DNA of 56,324 nt from a virus (IMGVR_UViG_3300027969_000124:1-56324), one strand, 5' to 3'. Shown: positions 8,127 through 18,040, numbered from the stretch's first letter. A program made the numbers and translations. The notes: a model not told the origin generated them from the letters alone.

Positions 8127-8637
8127 TACAGAAGACAAACTGGCTTGGTGTAAACACGGGGCAGACAAGGAAGATGGGTTTTCCCAGAATAGATTGTTTG
8201 ACCTTGGCTTGGCGGGGCATGTAAACCTAGCCAAAAAGACTGACCCATACACGCACGATTTATTTGTGCAGTTCCCATCGGATCTCAAGTCAGTCACTAC
8301 GCCTTTATTTAAATCAAAGGAGTTGTATGGGCTTGATCCCCAATACACTGTTACCTTCAACCAAAAAGATGCGACTAGGTACAAGGAGAAGTACCCCAAC
8401 ATCATCGTCATGTTTGATGTGAACTGGGAAACTCTCAAAAAAGATATCAATGGCATCGTTTATCAGGTTGACCCCATGCACGTAACTGTGGCAGGATTTC
8501 TGTCTGACATAAGTAGAGCAGTTAAACGCTCAGGCATGCATAAGATTGAGTACAAGAACCGAGTTGACGATGTTGCTGGTAATGCGAAAGAAAGCTGGGT
8601 TTTTGATCTGCGTTTTTTACACACATTGAAAGGCTGA
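8116..8637 (+). CDS. hypothetical protein, possible PD-(D/E)xK nuclease fold
   Basis: HDLF...SDLKS motif; coupled ORF. Confidence 0.45.
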   Translation: MLSNTEDKLAWCKHGADKEDGFSQNRLFDLGLAGHVNLAKKTDPYTHDLFVQFPSDLKSVTTPLFKSKELYGLDPQYTVTFNQKDATRYKEKYPNIIVMFDVNWETLKKDINGIVYQVDPMHVTVAGFLSDISRAVKRSGMHKIEYKNRVDDVAGNAKESWVFDLRFLHTLKG

Positions 8638-8876
8638 TGATGAGAGACTATAAACAAGAATACAAGACACAAGTAAAGAGAGATGAGTTACCCAACCGCA
8701 TGGAGCGTCAGAAAGCGAGGAGGAAGCTGGACGCTGACGGTGTAAACAGAAAAGGCAAAGACGTGGCGCACGTCAAAGCATTGAGCAAGGGAGGCTCTAA
8801 TGCTACTGGCATCAAATTGCAAGCCCCATCGAAGAACCGCAGTTTCAAGCGTAATTCCGATGGGAGCATGAAATGA
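8637..8876 (+). CDS. small HNH endonuclease-like protein
   Basis: RDYKQEY...GKDVAHVKALSKGGSN...SKNRS. Confidence 0.7.
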   Translation: MMRDYKQEYKTQVKRDELPNRMERQKARRKLDADGVNRKGKDVAHVKALSKGGSNATGIKLQAPSKNRSFKRNSDGSMK

Positions 8877-9127
8877 CCCGACACGAAATAGCAGAAGAAT
8901 TCGGTGATGAACTTCTTTTCATTGACCCCGAGAACCTAGACAAGTGCATCATTGGGGTAGCGACCCGCTGTGGCATGCCACCCGTCACGGTTTATGACAG
9001 GGATCAGTTAATCCTAGCCTTCATGGAAGATGGCATGACGGACGAGGAAGCATCCGAATACATCGCGTTTAACATCGAAAGCGCGTATGTTGGCGAAGCA
9101 ACACCGATGGTGATGGTGAGGGTTTAA
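8873..9127 (+). CDS. conserved hypothetical phage protein
   Basis: IIGV...VYD...MTDEEASEYIAFNIESAYVGEATP. Confidence 0.65.
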   Translation: MTRHEIAEEFGDELLFIDPENLDKCIIGVATRCGMPPVTVYDRDQLILAFMEDGMTDEEASEYIAFNIESAYVGEATPMVMVRV

Positions 9128-9129
9128 AC

Positions 9130-10815
9130 ATGAATCTGGATCACGTCGCCTTCAACGACCACGCACGTATAGCCTGTCCCGAATGCTCGGACGATAGGAA
9201 GAAATCCAACTCTAAAGACATGACGCTGACCCGCAAGCCTGACGGTGCGGTCATCTATCACTGTCACCACTGCCTCACAAGCGGTCTTCTACAACCTAAA
9301 AACGAAACACACAGGGAGAGTAAATTGTCCGCAGTACCAAACATTGCCATAGTGAACAACAAACTGCAAGACCATCACTATGCATGGCTGTCTAAACGGG
9401 GTATTTCCCAACAGACAGCAGATAAGATGAAACTTTTCGCTGCCGATAAGTTTTTTAGCAAACTGGGCAAGACCTCCGAAGCAATCGGATTCCCTTATTA
9501 CCGAAGCGGTGCGTTGGTGGCAGTCAAGTACAGATCATTCCCTGAGAAAGATTTCACCCAAGACTCAGGCGGGGCGCACGACTTCTTTGGCATTGATCTA
9601 GTAGAGAAGGGTAAACCCCTAGTCATTGTTGAGGGTGAGATAGATGCGCTGACGGCTATGGAATGCGGGATAGAGAATGTAGTGTCAGTGCCAAGCGGTG
9701 CGCCTATCAAGGTGGCAGATGGCAAAGTGCTACCCAGCGAGGATAAGAAGTTTTCCTACGTGTGGAACGCACGAGACATTATTGAGTCAGCCCCGTATAT
9801 CGTCCTAGCCACAGACCAAGACACAGCGGGTCAGGCATTGGCAGAAGAACTAGCCAGAAGGATCGGCAAAGATAAATGTCGCATCGCCAAGTTCAGCAAG
9901 AAAGATTTAAACGAAGTCTTACTCGATGACCCAGCACGGCATAGCGCAGTCAAAGACATCATCGAAGGCGCAACCCCGTACCCCATCGCAGGTCTCTCGG
10001 ATGCGGGCATTTACTTTGACCGTTTAAACGACCTATACCAGAAAGGAACGGGGAAAGGATTTTCAACGGGGTACGCCTCGGTTGATAGCGTTTACACGGT
10101 TGCTCCTAGCCAACTCACTGTTGTTACTGGGTATCCCTCATCAGGAAAATCCAACTTCATCGATCAGGTCATGGTCAATCTCGCACGTGGAGCAGACTGG
10201 AAGTTCGCAGTGTGTTCGTTTGAGAATCAGCCTGAGATCCACATCTCCCGCCTGATGGAGATTTACACCAAGAAAAGATTCTTTGATGGCAAGGATCGCA
10301 TGACGGAGGAAGAAAAAGAACATGCGTTTAAATGGGTACAGGATCATTTCTTGTTCATCGATACCAACGGAGAAGAACCGTCAACACTGGAGTCCATCTT
10401 GGATCGGGCGAGGGTAGCGGTTAAACGCATGGGGGTGCGGGGTATGGTCATCGATCCATACAACTACATAGAGTTAGACAAGACCAACTCGACAGAGACT
10501 GAGGCGATAAGTTCCATGCTGACCAAGGTGCAGAAGTTCGTCAAAGCCCATGACGTGCATTGTTGGTTCATCGCTCACCCATCCAAGATCAACCGCTCAG
10601 GGGTGGAGCAACCTCGACCCGACGGTATGTCAATCAGTGGATCGATGGCATGGTGGGCTAAGACCGACTGTGGTATCACCGTCCACAGGGCAGAGCAATG
10701 CGTTGAAATCGCAGTGTGGAAGTGTAGATATCGGTGGGTGGGTACGCAAGGTGAAACGACCCTTCTCTATAACAAGACAGCGGGTACGTACTCAGAGAAT
10801 CTAGATCAGTTCTAG
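9130..10815 (+). CDS. T7 gp4/Twinkle-type primase-helicase
   Basis: Zn finger CPEC..CHHC, TOPRIM EGEIDA and ATDQD, SF4 Walker A TGYPSSGKS, VIDPY, IAHP, SISGS. Confidence 0.92.
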   Translation: MNLDHVAFNDHARIACPECSDDRKKSNSKDMTLTRKPDGAVIYHCHHCLTSGLLQPKNETHRESKLSAVPNIAIVNNKLQDHHYAWLSKRGISQQTADKMKLFAADKFFSKLGKTSEAIGFPYYRSGALVAVKYRSFPEKDFTQDSGGAHDFFGIDLVEKGKPLVIVEGEIDALTAMECGIENVVSVPSGAPIKVADGKVLPSEDKKFSYVWNARDIIESAPYIVLATDQDTAGQALAEELARRIGKDKCRIAKFSKKDLNEVLLDDPARHSAVKDIIEGATPYPIAGLSDAGIYFDRLNDLYQKGTGKGFSTGYASVDSVYTVAPSQLTVVTGYPSSGKSNFIDQVMVNLARGADWKFAVCSFENQPEIHISRLMEIYTKKRFFDGKDRMTEEEKEHAFKWVQDHFLFIDTNGEEPSTLESILDRARVAVKRMGVRGMVIDPYNYIELDKTNSTETEAISSMLTKVQKFVKAHDVHCWFIAHPSKINRSGVEQPRPDGMSISGSMAWWAKTDCGITVHRAEQCVEIAVWKCRYRWVGTQGETTLLYNKTAGTYSENLDQF

Positions 10816-10905
10816 AGGGGTGGGGGGTTGGGTGATTCGTAGCATGCCCCCCTTCATGCCTTCAAAAGTCCCCTTGGCGAATACGTACAAAAACCAAGGG
10901 GGTCA
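10816..10905. terminator. hairpins between convergent operons
   Basis: CCCCTTGG/CCAAGGGG stem and a G/C-rich stem just after the primase stop. Confidence 0.35.
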
Positions 10906-11041
10906 GGTATCAGTCACATCACCCACGCTAGATACCCGACTACATAAATAATCTTACCTGCACATAAGAATTTTTCTGCGGCAGCAGGAAGATATGCGTT
11001 TAAACGTACCAGCAGCCAGCCGCAGCGGGATAAATGTAGGT

Positions 11042-11242
11042 TTAAACATTTAATCTTGCCCTGAAAACTGCACGAGGAAGAGAAGCAAAACGACCACACA
11101 GGCGAGGGACTCGACCCTTGGTCATCTTATAAACATTCCATATGCCATCGTAAGCAATGTATTTTTCACCCACGCTAATAAACCGCTCGTCATTCTGTAG
11201 GTTGACAAGGTTGTCGTGTTTGTAAGCGGTTTGTAGGAACAT
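11042..11242 (-). CDS. hypothetical early protein
   Basis: 3' part of the track ORF, starting at MFLQTAYK. Confidence 0.5.
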   Translation of the reverse strand: MFLQTAYKHDNLVNLQNDERFISVGEKYIAYDGIWNVYKMTKGRVPRLCGRFASLPRAVFRARLNV

Positions 11243-11264
11243 GGGGTTGCGGTTGGTTATGGTT

Positions 11265-11441
11265 TTAATCTTCTGTAACATCGATAACATCATTCTCAAC
11301 ATCACAATCAAGAGACCCATATTCAAAGTCCAACGAACTAGCCAAGACCACGGCTTTTTGGTAAGCCTCTTCCTTGGTGTTAGCCTCGACCTCGAATGAA
11401 TGATGGGACGTGTAAACCATATGCACTTCAAATGCTCTCAT
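11265..11441 (-). CDS. small acidic early protein (VEA..EEA family; not in ORF track)
   Basis: MRAFEVHMVYTSHHSFEVEANTKEEAYQKA...; resembles 18097-18276; AAGGAG RBS. Confidence 0.6.
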   Translation of the reverse strand: MRAFEVHMVYTSHHSFEVEANTKEEAYQKAVVLASSLDFEYGSLDCDVENDVIDVTED

Positions 11442-11614
11442 TTGATCTCCTTAAAACCCGCCACACACAGGATTACTTCCTCGCACTCAGGATCAAATCC
11501 ATACTGCTCCGCAACAAGATCCCACTCGGGGATGGTCTCAGGATCAATGGCGAACCACGCACCTTTTGGCAAGACGGTGTAACCCGCCTTCTTCATTTTT
11601 GATTCTGTAATCAT
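11438..11614 (-). CDS. hypothetical early protein
   Basis: Coupled ORF MITESKMKKAGY. Confidence 0.55.
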   Translation of the reverse strand: MITESKMKKAGYTVLPKGAWFAIDPETIPEWDLVAEQYGFDPECEEVILCVAGFKEIK

Positions 11615-11955
11615 GCCGACTCCCATTCCGCCAGCACCGCCAGCAAACTGTTTAAACGGTCAGTGAAGTCTTCGTCGTCTATCATGTCAGGTGCGTTCTC
11701 CTGTGCCAACCTGATAGCACTCTTCAACGCAGAAACCAAATCGTTGGTATACATCTCAAAATGAGAACGTGTGTTATGAATAAATTCAGAAACTTGTTCG
11801 AGCGTGTGATTCTCCACAACTTCCCAAACGCTGATATCAGGGTGAGACCACTGCTCTTCGGGATCGGTTAATATCGCCATGACTTCCTCGTAAGACTTAT
11901 CGTCATCAAAGTGTGTAAGCCATTCAGCCAAAGCAAATCGTTCAGATAGTTTCAT
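11611..11955 (-). CDS. acidic early protein
   Basis: D/E-rich 114 aa ORF, coupled, with RBS. Confidence 0.6.
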   Translation of the reverse strand: MKLSERFALAEWLTHFDDDKSYEEVMAILTDPEEQWSHPDISVWEVVENHTLEQVSEFIHNTRSHFEMYTNDLVSALKSAIRLAQENAPDMIDDEDFTDRLNSLLAVLAEWESA

Positions 11956-12203
11956 ATTGTTTCTCCTTTAGTTATAAAAAGTCTTTTGTATTGCAAGGCT
12001 AAATGCGCTATGGATTCAGCATCGCCCTCTTCAACTGCATCAAACATATTGATGATTGCCTCTTGCATGCGTGCTATGGTCATCAATTTTTGAGCCTCAC
12101 GTTCTGAGTCAAACAAGTTGTCTCCATGCTCATCACTGATAGGGTCACCAGTGTATTTATCAACCACCATGAACCCATCTTTGGTTTTAGTTACTTTGTA
12201 CAT
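11952..12203 (-). CDS. hypothetical early protein
   Basis: Coupled ORF with AAGGAG RBS. Confidence 0.6.
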   Translation of the reverse strand: MYKVTKTKDGFMVVDKYTGDPISDEHGDNLFDSEREAQKLMTIARMQEAIINMFDAVEEGDAESIAHLALQYKRLFITKGETI

Positions 12204-12205
12204 CT

Positions 12206-12622
12206 TTACTCCTTTTGTGCGTTTAAACGATTAACTGCGTCTTCTAAATACTGGATAGCGTCACCTTGACGTTTCCATGTTTCACCGTCATTTTCATCAC
12301 CCTCAACATAAGCGTAGTAGTGGTTTGCTCCCACCTCAACCATCCCCTCGCTCTTTATCGTTGGAAAATAGAAGTGGTAGTGTTGACACCACAGTAAATC
12401 CATTTCAGATTCGGGATGCTCCAATGCCCACTCAACTTTCGTCAGCACCGCCATACCCTTCGGTAAACGGTCAACAATGCTTTGTGCAAACTCCTTGTCG
12501 GGTTCAACATCGGGCGGTGTGTTTCTAAATTGCTCAAACAAAACTTGCGCCTTGTCTTCGCCATGCTCTTCGATCAAGTCATCTAAATCTACATAGGGTG
12601 TATTCAGTATCGATATGTTCAT
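12206..12622 (-). CDS. acidic early protein
   Basis: D/E-rich 138 aa ORF. Confidence 0.6.
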   Translation of the reverse strand: MNISILNTPYVDLDDLIEEHGEDKAQVLFEQFRNTPPDVEPDKEFAQSIVDRLPKGMAVLTKVEWALEHPESEMDLLWCQHYHFYFPTIKSEGMVEVGANHYYAYVEGDENDGETWKRQGDAIQYLEDAVNRLNAQKE

Positions 12623-12825
12623 TTGCCACCTCCATAAAAATATTTAAGTTCTGCTTTCAAATTGTCAATCTCTATTTGTTTGCTGTCTCCTTCGGTTGCA
12701 ACTTGCCACAAGTCATCGGCAAAGTTTATTAAATTCGTACTCAGTAAGAGGTCATGTTTTTCTGCAAGCGCATCCAACATTTCTTCCACCTCACTCCACG
12801 GTTTGTTGTTTAAATCACTGATCAT
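12619..12825 (-). CDS. hypothetical early protein
   Basis: Coupled ORF with RBS. Confidence 0.6.
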   Translation of the reverse strand: MISDLNNKPWSEVEEMLDALAEKHDLLLSTNLINFADDLWQVATEGDSKQIEIDNLKAELKYFYGGGK

Positions 12826-12994
12826 TTTTTACTCCTTCTTGAACATAAACATCATCGACCCAACATGCCGTTGCACCGTAGTTACCACGCATTTCCTCAC
12901 AATCTTTTGTGATGACGTTGGTGATAACGTCGGACATCGCACTGTCGGGATCGGTGATCCCTTCGAACTCAAACACAACTACAACTCGTAACAT
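12815..12994 (-). CDS. hypothetical early protein
   Basis: Likely start MLRVVVVFEFEG, with AAGGAG RBS. Confidence 0.55.
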   Translation of the reverse strand: MLRVVVVFEFEGITDPDSAMSDVITNVITKDCEEMRGNYGATACWVDDVYVQEGVKNDQ

Positions 12995-13016
12995 ATCTTC
13001 TCCTTTGTTTAAACGT

Positions 13017-13247
13017 TTAATCTTGTGCGGGTTCAAACTTTGATGCAGTCCACCCACTACCATCCAATGCTTTCAAGGTTGCTATGGGGATAAACCTCTC
13101 AAGCACAACCTCGCCATTTTTGTCAAAGACATACAAGGCTAAGTCTTCCTTACCCAAATAAGCCTCAACATACCCGCTAGTCTTTCCGACATTGATAACA
13201 GCACTCTTGACCTTGTTGTCAAGCAATTCAACTGAAAGTTTCATCAT
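13017..13247 (-). CDS. hypothetical early protein
   Basis: ORF with AGGAG RBS. Confidence 0.6.
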   Translation of the reverse strand: MMKLSVELLDNKVKSAVINVGKTSGYVEAYLGKEDLALYVFDKNGEVVLERFIPIATLKALDGSGWTASKFEPAQD

Positions 13248-13268
13248 TTGTTTTCTCCTGTTTAAACG

Positions 13269-13499
13269 TTAATGCATTTCTTTTGATTCGGGATGGAAGA
13301 ACTTTTCAAAGTTCCACGCATACCCCACTTGGTCTAGGAAGTCCTGACGCTCCAAACGATTTAACGCATGTAGCACCGCCAACTTGATCAGGACAGCATC
13401 GATAGCGGGATCGGTTATTCCCGCATCACTTATCGTTGACGCTAACTCTGTGAAGAGTCGCATCATTCTTTTTTCTTCTTCCTCGTCATCCATACGCAT
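13269..13499 (-). CDS. hypothetical early protein
   Basis: ORF in operon orientation. Confidence 0.55.
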   Translation of the reverse strand: MRMDDEEEEKRMMRLFTELASTISDAGITDPAIDAVLIKLAVLHALNRLERQDFLDQVGYAWNFEKFFHPESKEMH

Positions 13500-13561
13500 G
13501 CCAAACGAAAAGATCCAACACGATCACGGCAATTGCGACCGTGTATACGAACGTAATTACT

Positions 13562-13837
13562 TTATTCACGTTGCATCCTTTCCATCAAAAACTTAACGCT
13601 CTTGCGTGCGTGACTGTCATAGCCACGCTTGGCGATATCCTCGATGACCAACAGCATGTCAGGCGCAAACGTGATTAGCCGTGCGTTAGCCCTCTGAGTA
13701 CCTACTGGCATCGCTTTGCTAGAGCAGTCAGCAACAATCATCGACCCCCCTGTGGGGTCTTGCGTCCACACGGTATTGCCCTTTGACCCAACGACGGAGG
13801 GGACGAACCAATGACCCCCTGCTATATGTTTAAACAT
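13562..13837 (-). CDS. phage protein with ANARL..AP motif
   Basis: RANARLITFAPDML; start MFKHIAGG with GGAGG RBS. Confidence 0.6.
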   Translation of the reverse strand: MFKHIAGGHWFVPSVVGSKGNTVWTQDPTGGSMIVADCSSKAMPVGTQRANARLITFAPDMLLVIEDIAKRGYDSHARKSVKFLMERMQRE

Positions 13838-14018
13838 GGTTAACCTCCAAGTAACGGAGACCCGCTTGTGCGTGCGTGAGTTGATTGGAGCAGTCTTCCT
13901 CATCGATAAAGGTGTAGGTCTCCTCGTACATCTGCTCCCAGTCACCGTCGATGCATTCCCATATCTCCCATTGCCCAGTGCCATTGGGGAATTTGTAGAG
14001 TCTGATTTCGTATTTCAT
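13830..14018 (-). CDS. small acidic early protein
   Basis: Coupled ORF. Confidence 0.55.
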   Translation of the reverse strand: MKYEIRLYKFPNGTGQWEIWECIDGDWEQMYEETYTFIDEEDCSNQLTHAQAGLRYLEVNHV

Positions 14019-14251
14019 TTTCTCTTCTCCTCAACTTTTACAATTAAAACTTTGCCATCGATATCGCCATACTTATCAGCAATCCCTTTGCGCCAAGTGA
14101 TGACCGCTTCATAAACATCCGATGCATGTAGCACCGCACGGCTATACCCAAAATTTTCTTTCCAATAAAGTATTTCGTAATTTGTACTGGTAGGTTTCAC
14201 GTTGTTCCCCTTATGCGACCAATTTAATTTTGTTGAATGCGATAGCACCAA
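14015..14251 (-). CDS. hypothetical early protein (true start probably near 14200)
   Basis: ATGA overlap with the next gene. Confidence 0.5.
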   Translation of the reverse strand: MVLSHSTKLNWSHKGNNVKPTSTNYEILYWKENFGYSRAVLHASDVYEAVITWRKGIADKYGDIDGKVLIVKVEEKRK

Positions 14252-15920
14252 GGTCTTCTACCTTGCGAACGATCACCGAATTTTTGTAGATGTCTGTCAC
14301 GTCAGACATGATGCCGACACCTATCGTTGTGATGCCCAGTGACTCACCCGCTTTGACCTGATCACGCACGGCAGAGGGGTTGCCACGTCCATCGGTGATC
14401 ACAAAGCAGATCTTGCGTTGTGCATCTGTACCGTGCAACATCTCATGGGCATAACGCACTGCAAAAAAGTCATTAGTTCCACCGCCTGAGATAACGTTGG
14501 GCATGACAGCCAATGCCTTCTTGGCGGGTAAGGCGAACGGTTTCAGCACTGCTGTCTCGCATCCAAATGTCAGCACTGCCGTCTGCACTTGTGCAGAGTT
14601 AAGCGCATCGACCAGTGATGCACAGGCATTGAGACCCGCTTGGATGGGGGATAACTTGCGCTTGAAGTTGAACATCGAACCCGATACATCCAACACGATC
14701 ACGACAGCGGAGTCGATACCATCGACATCTAATCTACGTTTAAACAGGCGATCATTGCCCGATGGAATTGTGTGCAAGGTACGCACGTTGACCGACCCCG
14801 ACTTGCGTCCGACTTGGTGATCGCTTGTGCCTGTGTTATCGAACAAGCGACGAACCTCGAACCGTAACTTGGCAGAGACGTTCACGTCAGCGTTCAGTTC
14901 ATAGTGACGTTGATTGCGGTAGTGCGACTCAGTGAGACCGCTCGACTTGGAGTACGTACCGTCAGCACCCGCACCATCGGGTGCTTGGTTAGTTGGCTCG
15001 ACCTCACGTGCGTAGGGGAGATTACCCTCGTTGTCAGTTGGGTTTTGAGCGTCACCCACTGGAGCGTCCGAACCATCGGATGCACCCTCACCCTCACCCT
15101 CGTTCTGATCGGGGCTTGTAGACCCCTTCTCGCCCTTCCCTGACCCCTCGCCCTGACCCTCGCAAGGTTGACCTTCTGTAGGTTGACCCTCGCCCTTGCC
15201 CTTGCCCTGACCTTTGCCCTGACCGTCACCTTGTGGCTTAGGGTTGGGGTTGGGTTTAATGCTCTTCAATTGATCGGCAACCCACAGGGCGATAGCCAAG
15301 GTGTCTTCACTGGTTTTAGCGGTAGCAAGGCGGTCACGTGCCACGTCAAATATTGGCTTGAGACCGTTAGCCAATGGCACTTTGCGAGTCGCATGTTTAC
15401 GTGCATAGACAGCCAACACAAAGGGGTACTGCTCAGGGCTAGACCAATCGACAGGTTGTGTGAAAGATTCAGCGACCATACCATCGACCAGTGAGGAGAG
15501 GAGACCCTCAGCATTGCCGACTAACTTCTCGTCGATACAACGGTGTTCGATCATTGCGTCTTCCAGTGCGTTGTGCAGTGAGCGGACATAGTGAACCTCA
15601 GTGCGTCCGACTTGGAAGTCGGTGTACTTACGGTGCAACAACTCATGCAAGATGAACCCAACATAACGCTCGAATACTGGGCGGGTGATCACTGCATTGT
15701 CGGCAACGTTATGCAAGACGATGTCACCGTGATTGTTGATCTTGGCAGTGGGTGTCCATGCGTCCCATGCCACGGTCACTGGGGCAAGGGCTAACTCCTT
15801 GCAGATTTTGTGGGTAGCCTGTTCGATGGCTTTGCGAAACTCGACCCCGTTTAAACGGCTACGTGAAAACACTACGCATTTGTCACCACCAACGATGACG
15901 TGTTTTGTTTGTTGTTGCAT
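14211..15920 (-). CDS. VWA-domain protein with N-terminal HExxH domain (CobT-like architecture)
   Basis: ILHELLH, NALED, G/E/Q low-complexity linker, MIDAS DVSGS, ITDG. Confidence 0.85.
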   Translation of the reverse strand: MQQQTKHVIVGGDKCVVFSRSRLNGVEFRKAIEQATHKICKELALAPVTVAWDAWTPTAKINNHGDIVLHNVADNAVITRPVFERYVGFILHELLHRKYTDFQVGRTEVHYVRSLHNALEDAMIEHRCIDEKLVGNAEGLLSSLVDGMVAESFTQPVDWSSPEQYPFVLAVYARKHATRKVPLANGLKPIFDVARDRLATAKTSEDTLAIALWVADQLKSIKPNPNPKPQGDGQGKGQGKGKGEGQPTEGQPCEGQGEGSGKGEKGSTSPDQNEGEGEGASDGSDAPVGDAQNPTDNEGNLPYAREVEPTNQAPDGAGADGTYSKSSGLTESHYRNQRHYELNADVNVSAKLRFEVRRLFDNTGTSDHQVGRKSGSVNVRTLHTIPSGNDRLFKRRLDVDGIDSAVVIVLDVSGSMFNFKRKLSPIQAGLNACASLVDALNSAQVQTAVLTFGCETAVLKPFALPAKKALAVMPNVISGGGTNDFFAVRYAHEMLHGTDAQRKICFVITDGRGNPSAVRDQVKAGESLGITTIGVGIMSDVTDIYKNSVIVRKVEDLGAIAFNKIKLVA

Positions 15921-15932
15921 GTTGTCTACTCC

Positions 15933-17423
15933 TTAGATGTTGTTAGAAATAAATGTCTCGTCGATGCATGCCACACGGATCGCTTCCAGTGCGGTAGCCG
16001 ACTCTGAGGGTTGGCGGTTGGCGATAGTCGCATCCCACGCATCCTTCACAGGCAAGACCTTCAATGCTTTGATGAATGCCACGACAGAGCGGATGCTAGG
16101 TGCGTCCACGATATCGGCACTCTGTACCTTCTGACGTGCCACACGCACCGACTTGAGTACGTGCTTGGCTAGATCCTTGGTGCATCCAGTGTGACGCACG
16201 ACAGCGTCGATCTCAGCGTCGATGGGTAGGTAATCCATGCGGATCACCTGTGCAAAGCGGTCAATGAATGCAGAGTTCATCGCCTTTGTACCCGCATAGC
16301 GTCCGCTCTCATCGCCCGAACCAAGGGTGTTATCAGCACCGAACACTAGCACCCCAGTGGCACGCTTATGCACCTGACCGCCATAAGACACCGCACTATT
16401 GGGTTCGAGGAAACCGTTCAAGATCGCCAAGATGGCGGGGTCTAGGTTGCTTGGCTCGTCCAAGAGGATGACAGTGGATGGATGGGCATAACCCATTAAG
16501 AAATCTTTCTTCTCAAAGTAAGTACCTTTGACAGGGTCATAGCCTGTCGCACCGATGAAGTCTTCCACTTGCGTTTGCTTGGTAAAGTTTATGCGTTTAA
16601 ACGCACGACCTGTGTAGCCCGCAAAGTTGCGAGCGGACTCGCTCTTGCCTGTACCCTTGTCACCGCCCATCCATACTGGGGACTCTGTCACGTCAGCCAA
16701 GAGGAAGTGACGCAAGACCTTCTCAGTCCACACAAAGTAGGGATCGATGGCGGGGGCAGAGGGGTCATTCCAAATGCGAACCATTACAGGGTTGCCCTTG
16801 GGGTCTAGCACCTCGACACCGAACACGTCCAGTGCGGTCTTGGTATCGGTCACGTAGACACTCGCAATGTCAGCGACAGTGGTTTGTACACCCGCTGTCT
16901 CGACTGCCGTCTTGAACGGTGCGAATGCGTCAGCGACTACCTTGTTGACGGCACGTGTGATGGAGTCTTCATCGATGTTGACTGCCCCGATGGCGGTCTC
17001 TGCCTTGTCGAGTCGGTTTGCAACACCGCTTGCGAACTTGGCGGTTGAAACGATGGAGTCGCTGAGACCCTCTATTTTTTTGAGCAGATCAACTTGAACA
17101 GCGTTAGCCCTTTGCAGTGCGTCGAGGGCGGTTGTCTCTGCACGTGATGCGACAGCGGACGTTGCGTCCAGTTGTGCGCCTAGAGCGGGGTCAGTGCCTT
17201 GCGGAGCGGATTGGTAGGGGGTTGACTTGCGGATCGCTTCGATACCAATGTCGGGTGAATGACTGTAGTTGTCGATCACGTAAAGGGTGAGGGTATCGAT
17301 CTCTTCGATCGGGTTGAGGTTCGTGCCATGACCTAGCACGTGCAATGCACCCTTGCGGACAGCAGAGGGGATGCGTGAAATTTCGGTGCGAATTACGGTG
17401 CGTGTGGATGCGGACATTGTCAT
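15933..17423 (-). CDS. MoxR/CobS-like AAA+ ATPase
   Basis: Walker A GDKGTGKS, Walker B ILLDE, ADNTLG, NSAFIDRF; start MTMSAST with AGGAG RBS. Confidence 0.85.
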   Translation of the reverse strand: MTMSASTRTVIRTEISRIPSAVRKGALHVLGHGTNLNPIEEIDTLTLYVIDNYSHSPDIGIEAIRKSTPYQSAPQGTDPALGAQLDATSAVASRAETTALDALQRANAVQVDLLKKIEGLSDSIVSTAKFASGVANRLDKAETAIGAVNIDEDSITRAVNKVVADAFAPFKTAVETAGVQTTVADIASVYVTDTKTALDVFGVEVLDPKGNPVMVRIWNDPSAPAIDPYFVWTEKVLRHFLLADVTESPVWMGGDKGTGKSESARNFAGYTGRAFKRINFTKQTQVEDFIGATGYDPVKGTYFEKKDFLMGYAHPSTVILLDEPSNLDPAILAILNGFLEPNSAVSYGGQVHKRATGVLVFGADNTLGSGDESGRYAGTKAMNSAFIDRFAQVIRMDYLPIDAEIDAVVRHTGCTKDLAKHVLKSVRVARQKVQSADIVDAPSIRSVVAFIKALKVLPVKDAWDATIANRQPSESATALEAIRVACIDETFISNNI

Positions 17424-17434
17424 TACTCCTATGT

Positions 17435-18031
17435 TTAAACGGTGAAGAGATCGCCATCGACTGGGCATGTAGGCAGTCCATAGGATGCCCATTTTGAGGT
17501 CAGTCGCACGGTGTAGCCACATGATGGGCAGTAGGCTTTCAGCATGCGAGTGCCTTGTTTTTTCTTACGCTGTCCCACTGTCAGTGAGCCATGTGGGTAT
17601 GCACCCAGTGATTCGATAATTGCACCGTAGGTCTGAGCAAACCCACTAGCACCACGTGTAGCACCCCACGGTTCTCTACGTGTGGGGTCTATTGGTTCGA
17701 GCATCATTGCCGATGCGATTTTTTGGAAGTTGATACCGTGGTTAAAACCCCCCTTGGCGGTATGGCACAACTCATGCACCACTACCTCGAATACCTCGCT
17801 TGGACTAGCCAACTTGGGGTGTATGAAGATCTCATGGTGACCGTCCGCAGATGCGGTATCGATCCAACACTCGCCAATGGCATTGGAGCGGAGTGCGTTA
17901 GAGGGAAGACCGCACGTCAGGCGAACCCTCTCAGGTAATTTAGAACCCGCAACCTCAAAGGCGGGACGTAACTCTTGGAATGCTTGGGTGAGCCATTGCT
18001 CACGTGTGGCATGGATGGTAGGCAGTGTCAT
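17435..18031 (-). CDS. SprT-like zinc metalloprotease with C-terminal Zn ribbon
   Basis: TREQWL, IGECW, EIFIHP, HELCH...H..F, CPSCGYTVR...PTCP. Confidence 0.75.
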   Translation of the reverse strand: MTLPTIHATREQWLTQAFQELRPAFEVAGSKLPERVRLTCGLPSNALRSNAIGECWIDTASADGHHEIFIHPKLASPSEVFEVVVHELCHTAKGGFNHGINFQKIASAMMLEPIDPTRREPWGATRGASGFAQTYGAIIESLGAYPHGSLTVGQRKKKQGTRMLKAYCPSCGYTVRLTSKWASYGLPTCPVDGDLFTV

Positions 18032-18040
18032 AGGAATGAT

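Noticed and set aside
14211-17423. Cobalamin biosynthesis genes cobS/cobT
   Set aside because: There is no cobN or other cob gene. This is a generic MoxR/VWA pair common in phages.
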